Origin: Erysipelotrichaceae bacterium
GTDB lineage: Bacteria > Bacillota_I > Bacilli_A > Erysipelotrichales > Erysipelotrichaceae
Length of the DNA: 32,000 bases
Reading direction: 5' to 3'
NCBI GenBank assembly: GCA_963663995.1
Contig: OY760660.1
Span: forward strand, 1,590,001 to 1,622,000
Below the pieces are notes generated by a model. It did not search any database, was not told the origin of the DNA, and saw nothing but the letters and a program-made list of their open reading frames with translations. A program made the position numbers and the translations under genes. Below, in pieces: positions 8,354-17,477 of the stretch. Position 1 is the stretch's first letter; the number at the start of each line of letters is the position of its first letter.

Positions 8354-8478
8354 AATAATAATAACTTTATCTACAAGATGGTTGAGAGAAAAGATTATGC
8401 AAACATTAATTTAAATAATGAATGCTAGAACTATAAACATAATCTTCAGTGTTTTAAATCCACAAATATTTGTGACAA

Positions 8479-8503
8479 AAGTACGAAAGTGCTTTTTTGT
8501 TTG
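8479..8503 (+). terminator. Terminator-like hairpin, a diverged copy of the ssrA terminator module
   Basis: AAGTAC-GAAA-GTGCTT followed by TTTTGTTT. The hairpin plus 3' flank resembles 7851-7895. Confidence 0.5.
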
Positions 8504-8548
8504 ATTATTATAATTATGTTCTACATAATAAGTAAGAGAGGATGCTAT

Positions 8549-9031
8549 ATGTATAAAGTCGCTGAAGCAATGATTAAATATTATGGGAATGATGTGAGAA
8601 GGATTAATCATTTTTTAAAGGTGCATAATTTCGCTAAAATTATTAGTGAAGCTGAGAAGTTAGATAAAGATACTCAAGAGATACTAGAAATCACAGCCTA
8701 TACGCACGATATTGGTATTAAAATTAGTGAAAAAAAATATAATAGCTCAGCAGGGTTATATCAGCAAATTGAAGGACCTAATGAAGCTAGAAAATTATTA
8801 AATAAGTTAAACATTAGTAATGAAATTATAGATAGAGTCTGTTATATAATTTCTCATCATCATGAATATGAAAATGTGGATGGGATTGATTATCAAATCA
8901 TCTTAGAAGCTGATTTTCTTGTGAATGCTTTTGAGGATGAAATATCAATTGAAGGGATAAAAACATTTAAAGAGAAAGTATTTAAAACTAATACAGGAAT
9001 TAGATTATTAAATGAAATATATGGTATCTAA
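8549..9031 (+). CDS. HD-domain metal-dependent phosphohydrolase
   Basis: Start chosen at ATG 8549 (AAGAGAGGA RBS 7 nt upstream). H...HD (AYTHDIG) and SHHHEYEN motifs. The 8489 start in the ORF track would begin inside the terminator hairpin. Confidence 0.75.
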   Translation: MYKVAEAMIKYYGNDVRRINHFLKVHNFAKIISEAEKLDKDTQEILEITAYTHDIGIKISEKKYNSSAGLYQQIEGPNEARKLLNKLNISNEIIDRVCYIISHHHEYENVDGIDYQIILEADFLVNAFEDEISIEGIKTFKEKVFKTNTGIRLLNEIYGI

Positions 9032-9351
9032 TGATGACAAACATTAATATATTTTGCCAACTTGGTATTTCAAGTAATTTATTTGCAAAAAAAATTGAAG
9101 AAAGAATAAAAATAAAAGAATTGGACTGGACAATTGAAGCACATAATATTCAACTTATTAATGATTTATATTCTCAATCTGATTTAGTTTTAATATCTCC
9201 AGCTGTGACAATGCTGCCAGCTTTTAAGAAAAATATTGAAAAACTAAGAAGTGAGTATCCGAAGGTAAAGTTATTAGTAATCAATTCTGAGATCTATTTT
9301 AATTTAGATATTGAAAGAATGTTAAAAGAGATGATGAGTAGTTTGAGTTAA
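9031..9351 (+). CDS. Orphan PTS EIIB-like protein (lactose/cellobiose-family fold)
   Basis: 106 aa. N-terminal NINIFCQLGISSNLFAKKIEE resembles the EIIB(Cel) P-loop with the phosphorylatable Cys. Its start overlaps the HD gene stop (TAATG). No EIIA or EIIC is adjacent. Confidence 0.55.
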   Translation: MMTNINIFCQLGISSNLFAKKIEERIKIKELDWTIEAHNIQLINDLYSQSDLVLISPAVTMLPAFKKNIEKLRSEYPKVKLLVINSEIYFNLDIERMLKEMMSSLS

Positions 9352-9466
9352 TCAATCAAGTTTGATTGTTTAATTGAAAAAAATTTCCAAAATAGTTTAG
9401 ACATCTTTTTTATGTTGGGTGCGAGTGCTACGATAAAAACAATAGATTTTAAAAAGGGGAAATTTT

Positions 9467-10306
9467 ATGGATTTTTCAAAAATGTTAATTATCGCCGATA
9501 TTGATGGAACTCTAGCGGGTAAAGGTCAAGAAATGATGCCAATTACTCGTAAGGCTTTTCAAGAATTACACAAACGAGGAGCGAAACTTGGAATAGCTTC
9601 AGGTCGTCCAGCCAGTGAAACACTAATCAAACGTGCTGAGTGTTGGGACTTAGGATTTAAATTAGATGTCTTAGTTGGGATGAATGGTGGACAAGTTTTG
9701 GACCAAATCACTGGCAAGTATGAAGAGTTTTATAAATTAAAAAAAGAAACAATTAAAGAAATCATAGAAATGATGGAACCAACTGGTTTAAATCCTTTTG
9801 TATACAAAACAGGTTATATGCTAAGTAAGTACTTAGATGAAAGAATGTCAGCTTCTGCTTTACGAAACCATGAACCAGCCATTCCTGCAAAAGATGTTTC
9901 AGAGTTATGGGAAGAAGATAATGCGAAACTTCTCTTTAGGTTACCAGATGATGAAAGTAAAATAGATGATATAGTTGCCTTCGCAAAAGCACACCCAAAG
10001 CCATATTATCAATCATTCTTAACAGGACCAATGATGTTGGAGTTTCAAGATCCGCGTGTTAATAAAGGCTTGGCTGTAAAAAAATACTGTGAAGAAAATG
10101 GTATTGATTTAAAAGATGTTATCGCCTTTGGGGATGCGACGAATGATAATGAAATGTTAGAAGTAGCTGGTTTAGGTGTTTGTTTGAAAAATGGTTTAGA
10201 GAGCACCAAAGCTTATGCTGATGTCGTGATGGAATATACTTGCGATGAAGATGGTGTTGGCCGATATCTCTATGACACTATCTTGAAAGATTTGGAAAAT
10301 TCGTAG
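9467..10306 (+). CDS. Cof-type HAD-IIB family sugar-phosphate phosphatase
   Basis: DIDGTL motif I, SGRP motif II, GDATNDNEM motif IV and a cap domain between them. GGGGAA RBS. Confidence 0.85.
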   Translation: MDFSKMLIIADIDGTLAGKGQEMMPITRKAFQELHKRGAKLGIASGRPASETLIKRAECWDLGFKLDVLVGMNGGQVLDQITGKYEEFYKLKKETIKEIIEMMEPTGLNPFVYKTGYMLSKYLDERMSASALRNHEPAIPAKDVSELWEEDNAKLLFRLPDDESKIDDIVAFAKAHPKPYYQSFLTGPMMLEFQDPRVNKGLAVKKYCEENGIDLKDVIAFGDATNDNEMLEVAGLGVCLKNGLESTKAYADVVMEYTCDEDGVGRYLYDTILKDLENS

Positions 10307-10484
10307 TAAAAATTCAATTATTTAAAGTGATTTATTAAAAATTTGTAGTTTTATTTCTTATTTTTAAAATCCATTGAAGGATCAGATGAGAATAGGGATA
10401 ATGAAGCTAACAAGTTCAAGAAATCTTGTAAGTAGGTATACAAGCTCTTCAAACCATCCATATCGAACTTGGGAAATGACATAA

Positions 10485-10515
10485 AGAAAAGGTTTTAGTT
10501 AACCTTTTCTTTTTT
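10485..10515. terminator. Bidirectional hairpin at the convergent ends of the HAD and rpiR-like genes
   Basis: AGAAAAGGTT-TTAGTT-AACCTTTTCT followed by TTTTT on the + strand. The minus-strand stop codon of the RpiR gene lies in the loop. Confidence 0.45.
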
Positions 10516-11371
10516 GATTATAGGGTTTTTTATAGAAATCAGGGAACATCGCATGAGTGGTTTCAATGCGTTTTTGAAGGTCTTCAATCTCACCTATGAA
10601 GGCAAAGAGATAAATCATTTCTAAAACATAATTTAAACCAAAACTAAAGAAACCGCGGTCCATAATTTCTGATTGATCGGTATTGATATGAATGAACTCT
10701 TTGGCATGTTTAGCACCAAAAGCTTCAGGGTTTTTAGAGATAAACAAGTAAGGTATTTTGAATTCCAATAAATGTGGGACAATCTCTTGAGAAAGAGTAT
10801 TCTCTCCAGAAACGGTTATCACAATCGCAAAAGTTGGAATTTTGTTAGTTTGGATATATGAGAATAGATAGAAGTCATTACTGTCATGCACACTAACATC
10901 TAATCCAAGTTCACCATATTTCATACGATATATTTGGGCTATATGATTCGAGTAGTTTGTAGCAAAAATGAGTACTTTTTTAGCTTTCATTATCGTTTGT
11001 ACAATACGATTAATTTGTTTTGCGCTAGTGTTGGTAGTGACTTGCTCAATACTACGATTTATTGAAATAGGATAAAGTTCAAAGAACTCTTTTTGAGAAA
11101 TCTCTTGTTTATCGAAATCATCTAGTTTATCGACACGTTTATTTAACATTGAGTTGTATTCTAAGACAAAGTGATATTTAAAATCTGAGTAACCTTTAAA
11201 TCCACATTTCTTACATAAACGCATAATGGTTGGATCGCTTGTAAAAGTCGAAAGACTTAAATCGTGAAGCGTCATGTCAATAAGTGACCAAGGTTCCTTG
11301 ATGATAAAGTCAGCGACAAGTTTTTCTTGGAATGTAAAATTATATTTGGTTTTGAGTTGATCTATGATCAT
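10499..11371 (-). CDS. RpiR/MurR-family transcriptional regulator (HTH_6 + SIS domain)
   Basis: 290 aa. N-terminal FTFQEKLVADFI...LHDLSLSTFTSDPTIMRLCKKCGFKGYSDFK is the RpiR HTH. The C-terminal two-thirds has the SIS fold pattern (KKVLIFATNYSNHIAQ ... VITVSGEN). Confidence 0.85.
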   Translation of the reverse strand: MIIDQLKTKYNFTFQEKLVADFIIKEPWSLIDMTLHDLSLSTFTSDPTIMRLCKKCGFKGYSDFKYHFVLEYNSMLNKRVDKLDDFDKQEISQKEFFELYPISINRSIEQVTTNTSAKQINRIVQTIMKAKKVLIFATNYSNHIAQIYRMKYGELGLDVSVHDSNDFYLFSYIQTNKIPTFAIVITVSGENTLSQEIVPHLLEFKIPYLFISKNPEAFGAKHAKEFIHINTDQSEIMDRGFFSFGLNYVLEMIYLFAFIGEIEDLQKRIETTHAMFPDFYKKPYNQKRKG

Positions 11372-11491
11372 ACTTAAACAATAGCACGCTTCATCTTTTC
11401 ATTTTTGCCAAAATTATGGTTGAAACATTAAAAAAGTTTCCAAGTTTTGTAAAAAGTTAAAGAGTGTTAAGAATAGTGATAGAATCAAACT

Positions 11492-12427
11492 ATGTTTGAT
11501 TCACTTGTTTTATCTTTAAATATTGTTCTGCCCTTATTTGGCTTGATGTTAATAGGCTATTTATTAAAACAATTTCACTTAGTTGATGAGCATACTTTAA
11601 AAGGGATGAATGTCATTGTTTTTAGGGTCTTATTACCGATTACGCTTTTTCAAAGCTTAATTAAGACAAATATTGAGAAAATATTCAATCCAAGTTTAAT
11701 CATATTTGCGATTGTCTCAGTCCTTATTTCTGTTTTGATATTTACAATTGTTTATCCAAAAATTGAGAAAAATCCAAAGAAAATTGGGGTTATGGTTCAA
11801 GGGTCTTTCAGAAGTAACTATATACTTCTTGGTTTACCCATTGCGATGAATATCTATGATGATGTAGGGGTAGTCAGTTTATTAATTGCCTTTATAGTAC
11901 CGCTTTATAATATCATCGCTGTTGTAGTTTTAGAATATTATAGTGGTGGAGAAATAAAACTTAGAAAAACTTTGATTAAAACCTTAAAAAACCCGATTAT
12001 TATTGGAGCAATATTAGGTGTCATTGTCTTGCTTTCAGGTATACAACTTCCTGTCTTTGCGACAAAAATTGTTTCATCTCTATCAGGTAGTGCAACCCCG
12101 ATTGCACTAATTATACTAGGTGGTATGTTTGAGTTTCATGCGGTTAAAAAGAATCTAAAAAATTTAAGTATTATTGTTAGTGTTAAATTAATTATCTTAC
12201 CTCTAATTGGTGTATTAATAGCTTATCGTTTAGGTTTTAGAGAAATAGAACTAGTCGCTTTACTTTTAATGTTTGGATCACCAGTTGCTGTTTCATCCTA
12301 CTCAATGGCAGTTGTGTTAGGTTGTGATGGAGAACTCGCATCACAAGCAGTCCTTGTTTCAACACTGATGTCCATCTTTACTTTTTTTGCTTGGGTATTT
12401 AGTTTTAGATTATTAGATTTATTGTAA
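11492..12427 (+). CDS. AEC (auxin efflux carrier) family transporter
   Basis: 311 aa with about 10 hydrophobic segments. AEC-like N-terminus (LNIVLPLFGLMLIGYLLK) and a C-terminal repeat half. Confidence 0.8.
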   Translation: MFDSLVLSLNIVLPLFGLMLIGYLLKQFHLVDEHTLKGMNVIVFRVLLPITLFQSLIKTNIEKIFNPSLIIFAIVSVLISVLIFTIVYPKIEKNPKKIGVMVQGSFRSNYILLGLPIAMNIYDDVGVVSLLIAFIVPLYNIIAVVVLEYYSGGEIKLRKTLIKTLKNPIIIGAILGVIVLLSGIQLPVFATKIVSSLSGSATPIALIILGGMFEFHAVKKNLKNLSIIVSVKLIILPLIGVLIAYRLGFREIELVALLLMFGSPVAVSSYSMAVVLGCDGELASQAVLVSTLMSIFTFFAWVFSFRLLDLL

Positions 12428-12491
12428 AAGCATCAAACCTCTTTATTGACATTGAAAGTGCTAAACTTTAATCAAGTAAGGAGGTTTTTTA

Positions 12492-12959
12492 ATGAAATCT
12501 TTAAACTTAGTTACGGTATTATGGTTTGATGATCAAGCACTTGATGCAGCAAAGTTTTATACTGAATTATTTCCTAATAGCGAGCTTGGTGAGATAAATT
12601 ATTATTCAACAGAAACACCAAGTGAAAAAGAAATTGGTTCGATTATTACGGTTGATTTTACAATCATGAATCAACGTTTTCAAGCTTTAAATGGTGGTCC
12701 ACAATTTAAACATAGCGAAGCTGTATCTTTTGTGGTTTCCTGTGATGATCAAGATGAAATTGATTATTATTGGGATAAGTTATCGTATGTGAAAAAAGCT
12801 GAAGCATGTGGCTGGTGCAAAGATCAATTTGGAATCAGTTGGCAAATAATATCAAGTGATTTAGAATCACGTTTATATAATGATGATGAAACGATTGCCA
12901 AAGCAAATATGGATAAACTTTTAACAATGAAAAAAATTGATCTATCACAATTTAAATAG
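12492..12959 (+). CDS. PhnB/VOC-like protein (3-demethylubiquinone-9 3-methyltransferase-domain family)
   Basis: 155 aa. The LWFDDQALDAAKFYTELFPNSE...FQALNGGPQFKHSEAVSF...CGWCKDQFGISWQI pattern is typical of this small glyoxalase-fold family. Strong AAGGAGG RBS. Confidence 0.7.
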   Translation: MKSLNLVTVLWFDDQALDAAKFYTELFPNSELGEINYYSTETPSEKEIGSIITVDFTIMNQRFQALNGGPQFKHSEAVSFVVSCDDQDEIDYYWDKLSYVKKAEACGWCKDQFGISWQIISSDLESRLYNDDETIAKANMDKLLTMKKIDLSQFK

Positions 12960-13126
12960 TTCTATAATATTTAATCCAATTGAAATCTACGTCTATGTTG
13001 CGTCAGTTAAATGTAGATATTGTATTAAGTATTAGATAAATTAAACCTTTAGTCTACTTACACTCATACACATTAGAAGGTATAATGTACATACATAGTG
13101 TTTATTTTGGGTTATTGGAGGTTATA

Positions 13127-15781
13127 GTGGATCAAAGTATAATTATCTCGCTTTTAAATAATGCTGCGCTCTTAGTTATGTTAGCGGTTATCTATGAAGC
13201 AGTATCATACTTACCAAAAAAATATTTAAAATATGAAACCATCATCATTGGTGTTTTTGTCTCGTTAATTGTCGCCGTTATTATGGCACTTCCAATGAGA
13301 CTTCAAGATGGTGTTGTTTTTGATACAAGATCTATTTTAATTAGTGTTACAGCTTTGTTTATTGGTCCGATTCCAACCCTTATGGGGGCTATAACTGCTT
13401 CTACCATTCGTTGGATTTCAGGAGGTGCTGGGGCTTTGGCTGGGATTATGACTGTCATAGCTGCCGCATTTATTGGTAGTTTATGGCGTCTGTGGGTATT
13501 TCCAAAAGCTAAACTCATTTATGTAAATGTTTATGTAATGAGTGTTTTAGTTCATATAGCGGTACTTGCTTGTTTATTATTAATTCCAACTCCAAATTAT
13601 CTTGATATTATTCGATCCGTTGCTTTTCCAATGATGGTTATTTATCCGATTGTGACAGTTTTATTAAGTGTTATTATTCTGCATCAACAAACACTTAGAA
13701 AATCAAAAGATAGACTTGCTCAATCAGAAGATCGGTTTAAACGTTTATTTGAAGAAGCACCAATGGGCTACCAATCACTAGATTTTGATGGAGTGATTAT
13801 CGATGTTAATGAACGTTGGACTGAAATATTTGGTTGTTCAAAGGAAGAAGCCATTGGGCGTTGGTTTGGTGATTTTTTAGCAGCTGATGATCAATCATCG
13901 TTTTTAGATAGTTTCCCTTTATTCAAAGAACAAGGATATGTTCACTCGGAAATTGAAGCGATTCATAAAAGTGGGAAAGTTTTAACTGTTGAAATTGATG
14001 GGCGCATTAGTTTGAATGAAGCTGGTGAGTTTAAACAGACACACTGTATTGTTCAAGACATTACACTTCGTAAACAAACTGAAAAAGAACTTCGTGAAAG
14101 TGAAAGAAGTAAAACAGTCTTTTTATCTAACTTGCCCGGTATGGCTTACCGATGTGTTAATGATGATAATTGGACAATGAAATTTGTCTCAGATGGATCT
14201 AAAGAGTTGACTGGGTACGCAGCTGAAGAACTCATTGATAATAAAGTGATAGCCTACAATGATGTGATTAGTCGCGAATATCAAGAGAGTGTTAAGCGAG
14301 ATTGGGAAGTTTCAATTAATAAGAAAATTGCCTATAAAGGTGAATATGAAATTATTACTAAAGAAGGTAAACCAAAATGGGTTCTTGAGTGGGGAGAAGC
14401 AATTTACAATCAAGAAAATGAATTAGAAGCTCTAGAAGGAATTATCATTGATATTTCAGATCGTAAAGAATTAGAATCTGAAATTAAATTTTCTAGCGAA
14501 CATAATCAGCTTACAGCTCTTCATAATTTAAATTACTTAAGAAATATTTTAGAAAATGAAACGGAAGAGGATGCTAAATTAAACAGAGCTTTAGTTAGTA
14601 TCAATCTTAGTAATATAAATGCGGTAAGTATGAACTATGGATTTGTGTATAGTCAGCATTTAATCATGAAAATTGCCAATCATCTTGATGAGAATAAAGG
14701 TAATAAAGCGCAATTTTTCCACACTTATGAAAATCGTTTTACTTTCTTTGTGAAAGATTATAAAGATAGTGAAGAATTGAGATACTTCTGTGAAAATGTC
14801 ATAGAAATCTTAGAAACATTCTTATCTTCTGAAAGAATAACAGCTGGTGTTGGTGTAGTCGAATTAAAGCATGAATATCCAGTAGAAATTGAAGAAAACT
14901 TGAAGTATCACATGTTGACTTCTGAAAGAGCTGTTGAGGATGAAAATGAATTCGGTTTGGTTTTCTATGATACTGATTTAGAAATATCGGTTATACGTCA
15001 ACAAGAAATTGAACATGAATTACAAGCAATTATCAATAGTGAAACAGCGGAAGGACTTGTCTTAAATTTCCAACCAATCATTGATATCAAGAGAAATAAA
15101 ATTAAGAGTTTTGAAGCTTTATCACGTATCAATAGTAAAAAACTAGGCTTAATTAGTCCGCTTGAGTTTATACCGATTGCTGAGAAAACTAAATTGATTA
15201 TTCCTTTGGGTGATCAAATTATTATGAAAGCATTTAACTTCTTGAATAAACTTCAATATTTAGGACAAGAAGATTTAAGAGTTTCAATCAATGTGTCGAT
15301 TACTCAATTGATGAGTGAAGATTTTGCAAAGCGATTCATCTCTAAAATGAGTGACATGAATGTAAATCCAAATAATGTTGAAATTGAAGTGACTGAGTCA
15401 ATCTTCTATGGAAATAATCAAGAAATTAATCGTATTCTTAAACTATTTAAATCTAGAGGCATCCAAATTGCGATTGATGATTTTGGGACAGGTTATTCTT
15501 CTTTATCACGTGAAAGAGATTTAAATGTCGATATTTTAAAAATTGATCAATCCTTTATAAGACAATTAGAAATGTTAAATGAAAATGAAGTTATTACAGC
15601 TGATATTATTTCTATGGCTCACAAACTTGGGCACATCGTTATTGCCGAAGGTGTTGAAAATGAGGATCAAGTGGAATACCTGAAACGTCATGATTGTGAT
15701 TGGATTCAAGGTTACTATTTCAGTCGACCACTTTTAGAAAAAGATGCGATAACTTATATTACTGAATTTAAATCATCTTAA
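13127..15781 (+). CDS. Membrane signalling protein: 5TM (LytS/YhcK-type) sensor, PAS, PAS, degenerate GGDEF and EAL domains (c-di-GMP phosphodiesterase)
   Basis: GTG 13127 lies 5 nt after GGAGG (13117-13121). The alternative ATG 13085 sits inside a TATAAT box (13081-13086). The EAL domain has EALSR, NVS, EVTES, DDFGTGYSSL, KIDQSF, AEGVEN and QGYYFSRP. The GGDEF signature is replaced by YENRF (14726-14740). Confidence 0.85.
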   Translation: MDQSIIISLLNNAALLVMLAVIYEAVSYLPKKYLKYETIIIGVFVSLIVAVIMALPMRLQDGVVFDTRSILISVTALFIGPIPTLMGAITASTIRWISGGAGALAGIMTVIAAAFIGSLWRLWVFPKAKLIYVNVYVMSVLVHIAVLACLLLIPTPNYLDIIRSVAFPMMVIYPIVTVLLSVIILHQQTLRKSKDRLAQSEDRFKRLFEEAPMGYQSLDFDGVIIDVNERWTEIFGCSKEEAIGRWFGDFLAADDQSSFLDSFPLFKEQGYVHSEIEAIHKSGKVLTVEIDGRISLNEAGEFKQTHCIVQDITLRKQTEKELRESERSKTVFLSNLPGMAYRCVNDDNWTMKFVSDGSKELTGYAAEELIDNKVIAYNDVISREYQESVKRDWEVSINKKIAYKGEYEIITKEGKPKWVLEWGEAIYNQENELEALEGIIIDISDRKELESEIKFSSEHNQLTALHNLNYLRNILENETEEDAKLNRALVSINLSNINAVSMNYGFVYSQHLIMKIANHLDENKGNKAQFFHTYENRFTFFVKDYKDSEELRYFCENVIEILETFLSSERITAGVGVVELKHEYPVEIEENLKYHMLTSERAVEDENEFGLVFYDTDLEISVIRQQEIEHELQAIINSETAEGLVLNFQPIIDIKRNKIKSFEALSRINSKKLGLISPLEFIPIAEKTKLIIPLGDQIIMKAFNFLNKLQYLGQEDLRVSINVSITQLMSEDFAKRFISKMSDMNVNPNNVEIEVTESIFYGNNQEINRILKLFKSRGIQIAIDDFGTGYSSLSRERDLNVDILKIDQSFIRQLEMLNENEVITADIISMAHKLGHIVIAEGVENEDQVEYLKRHDCDWIQGYYFSRPLLEKDAITYITEFKSS

Positions 15782-15782
15782 G

Positions 15783-15809
15783 TTGTTTGAAAAAACAGCT
15801 TTTCTTTTA
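15783..15809 (+). terminator. Rho-independent terminator
   Basis: GTTGTTT-GAAA-AAACAGC followed by TTTTCTTTT, directly after the stop codon. Confidence 0.65.
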
Positions 15810-15927
15810 GTTACATTTATAGACGAAAAAGACTGTCTTGTTTATCATAGTAGGTGTTAGTTACTTAATTGTGCCTAATTGTAATAATGTTTGAAACATT
15901 TATAATTTTTTATATAGGGAGAACAAA

Positions 15928-16722
15928 ATGAAAAAATTATTAACATTACTTGTAGTAAGTTTATTATTTCTAGCTGCATGTTCAAGTGCACCAGCTGAAG
16001 AAACAAAAGAGACTTTAGTTGTTGGTATGGAACTTGCTTATCCACCATTTGAAACTAAAGATGAAGCAGGGAATGCGCTTGGTGTATCAGTTGATATTGC
16101 GAAAGCATTTGCTGAATACTTAGGAATGGATATTGAGATTCAAAATACAAACTGGACAGGTTTAATTCCAGCCCTTGAAACTGATCAAGTTGATATGGTT
16201 ATTTCATCAATGACAATTACAGAAAAACGTCGTGAGTCTGTTGATTTTAGTGATGGGTATGCACAAGCTTATTTAGCATTCTTAGTCAACATTAATTCCG
16301 ATGTGAATGAAGCAGCTGATTTAGATTCAAGTGATAAAACAATCGTTGTTAAAACAGGTAGTACAGGAGACACTTACGTCAGTGCAAACTATACCAATGC
16401 TACAATTCTTCGTTTAGATGATGAAAGTGCTGCAGTAGCAGAAGTTGTAAACGGAAACGCAGATGCATTTATTTATGATCAACTTACAATCATCAGAAAT
16501 GTTGAAGCTAATGCAGAAAGTTTAAAAGGGGTTATGATACCTGGCCAAACAGCTGAACAATGGGGTGCAGCCTTCAAATTAGGTAGTGATTTAACGGAAC
16601 AATTTAATACTTTCTTAGCTGAGTTTAAGGCAAATGGTGGTTTTACTGATTTAATTGATACACACCTAAAAGCTGAAAAAGAAGCCTTTGATGCGAACGG
16701 CTTTACTTTCTTCTTCGAATAA
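15928..16722 (+). CDS. Polar amino-acid ABC transporter substrate-binding lipoprotein
   Basis: Lipobox LLFLAAC. Family-3 SBP pattern (LVVGMELAYPPFE...NWTGLIPALETDQVDMVISSMTITEKR). GGGAGA RBS. Confidence 0.85.
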   Translation: MKKLLTLLVVSLLFLAACSSAPAEETKETLVVGMELAYPPFETKDEAGNALGVSVDIAKAFAEYLGMDIEIQNTNWTGLIPALETDQVDMVISSMTITEKRRESVDFSDGYAQAYLAFLVNINSDVNEAADLDSSDKTIVVKTGSTGDTYVSANYTNATILRLDDESAAVAEVVNGNADAFIYDQLTIIRNVEANAESLKGVMIPGQTAEQWGAAFKLGSDLTEQFNTFLAEFKANGGFTDLIDTHLKAEKEAFDANGFTFFFE

Positions 16723-17477
16723 TGAAAACAAATAAACGCTCAAGACAAATAGTCGCCTTTATCTTTGCCCTATTAAGCTTGGGCGTTTTTGTCTATCTTA
16801 GTGCTACTCGTGCCAAAATAAGTATTGATTTCATTAATCTTTGGGATTATCGAATTCGCTTCTGGCAAGGCTTTTTATTAACGCTTGAGATAAGTCTTGC
16901 ATCATTATTGATATCACTCTTAATTGGAAGCTTAGTAGCTGGAGCGAAAGTAAGTAAAAGTTACTATCTAAATTACTTAGCTAATGGTTATGTTGAGCTC
17001 ATTAGAGGCACACCATTACTTGTTCAAATTATTTTTTTCTACTATATTATTGGAACTGCTTGGGGGATTACTAATCGTTTTTGGGCAGGAGTACTAATTC
17101 TTTCAATTTTTGAAGGAGCTTATATTTCTGAGATTATTCGTGGTGGTTTAATTTCGATTGAATCAAAACAAACTGAGATTGCGAAATCCTTGGGTTTTAA
17201 CTCAAAACAAACATTTAGATTTGTTATATTGCCACAATTAGTTGTTCGTATCTTGCCAGCTCTAGCAGGACAGTTTGCATCTGTGATTAAAGATAGTAGT
17301 CTATTATCTACGATTGCGGTGATTGAATTGATGCAAGTGACCAAGGAAATTACGGCCAATAATTTTGCGGTATATTTTCAAGCATATTTACTTTTAGCGG
17401 CTTTATATTTGGCTATGACTTTCCCGATATCATATCTATCAAAATCTTTAGAAAAGAGGTTTAAGTATGAAAATTAA
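16722..17477 (+). CDS. Polar amino-acid ABC transporter permease
   Basis: HisM/GlnP-type permease: ELIRGTPLLVQIIFFYY and an EAA-like loop (EGAYISEIIRGGLISIESKQTEIAKSLGF). The start overlaps the SBP stop (TAATG). Confidence 0.85.
   Translation: MKTNKRSRQIVAFIFALLSLGVFVYLSATRAKISIDFINLWDYRIRFWQGFLLTLEISLASLLISLLIGSLVAGAKVSKSYYLNYLANGYVELIRGTPLLVQIIFFYYIIGTAWGITNRFWAGVLILSIFEGAYISEIIRGGLISIESKQTEIAKSLGFNSKQTFRFVILPQLVVRILPALAGQFASVIKDSSLLSTIAVIELMQVTKEITANNFAVYFQAYLLLAALYLAMTFPISYLSKSLEKRFKYEN

Noticed and set aside
7876-8478. I considered an integrated prophage or genomic island at ssrA.
   Set aside because: No integrase, excisionase or phage genes are present, and the segment is only about 600 bp. 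I report only the duplicated terminator module, as a possible scar.
8411-8611. A minus-strand 66-aa ORF and the 8489 plus-strand start span the acetyltransferase-HD intergenic region.
   Set aside because: Both run through the terminator hairpin at 8479-8503. The HD gene has a good RBS at the internal ATG 8549.
10307-10484. A 190-nt gap after the HAD gene contains a 31-codon ORF (ATG about 10386, MRIGIMKLTSS...).
   Set aside because: It has no RBS and no recognisable motif or structure. It is probably a non-coding spacer before the bidirectional hairpin.
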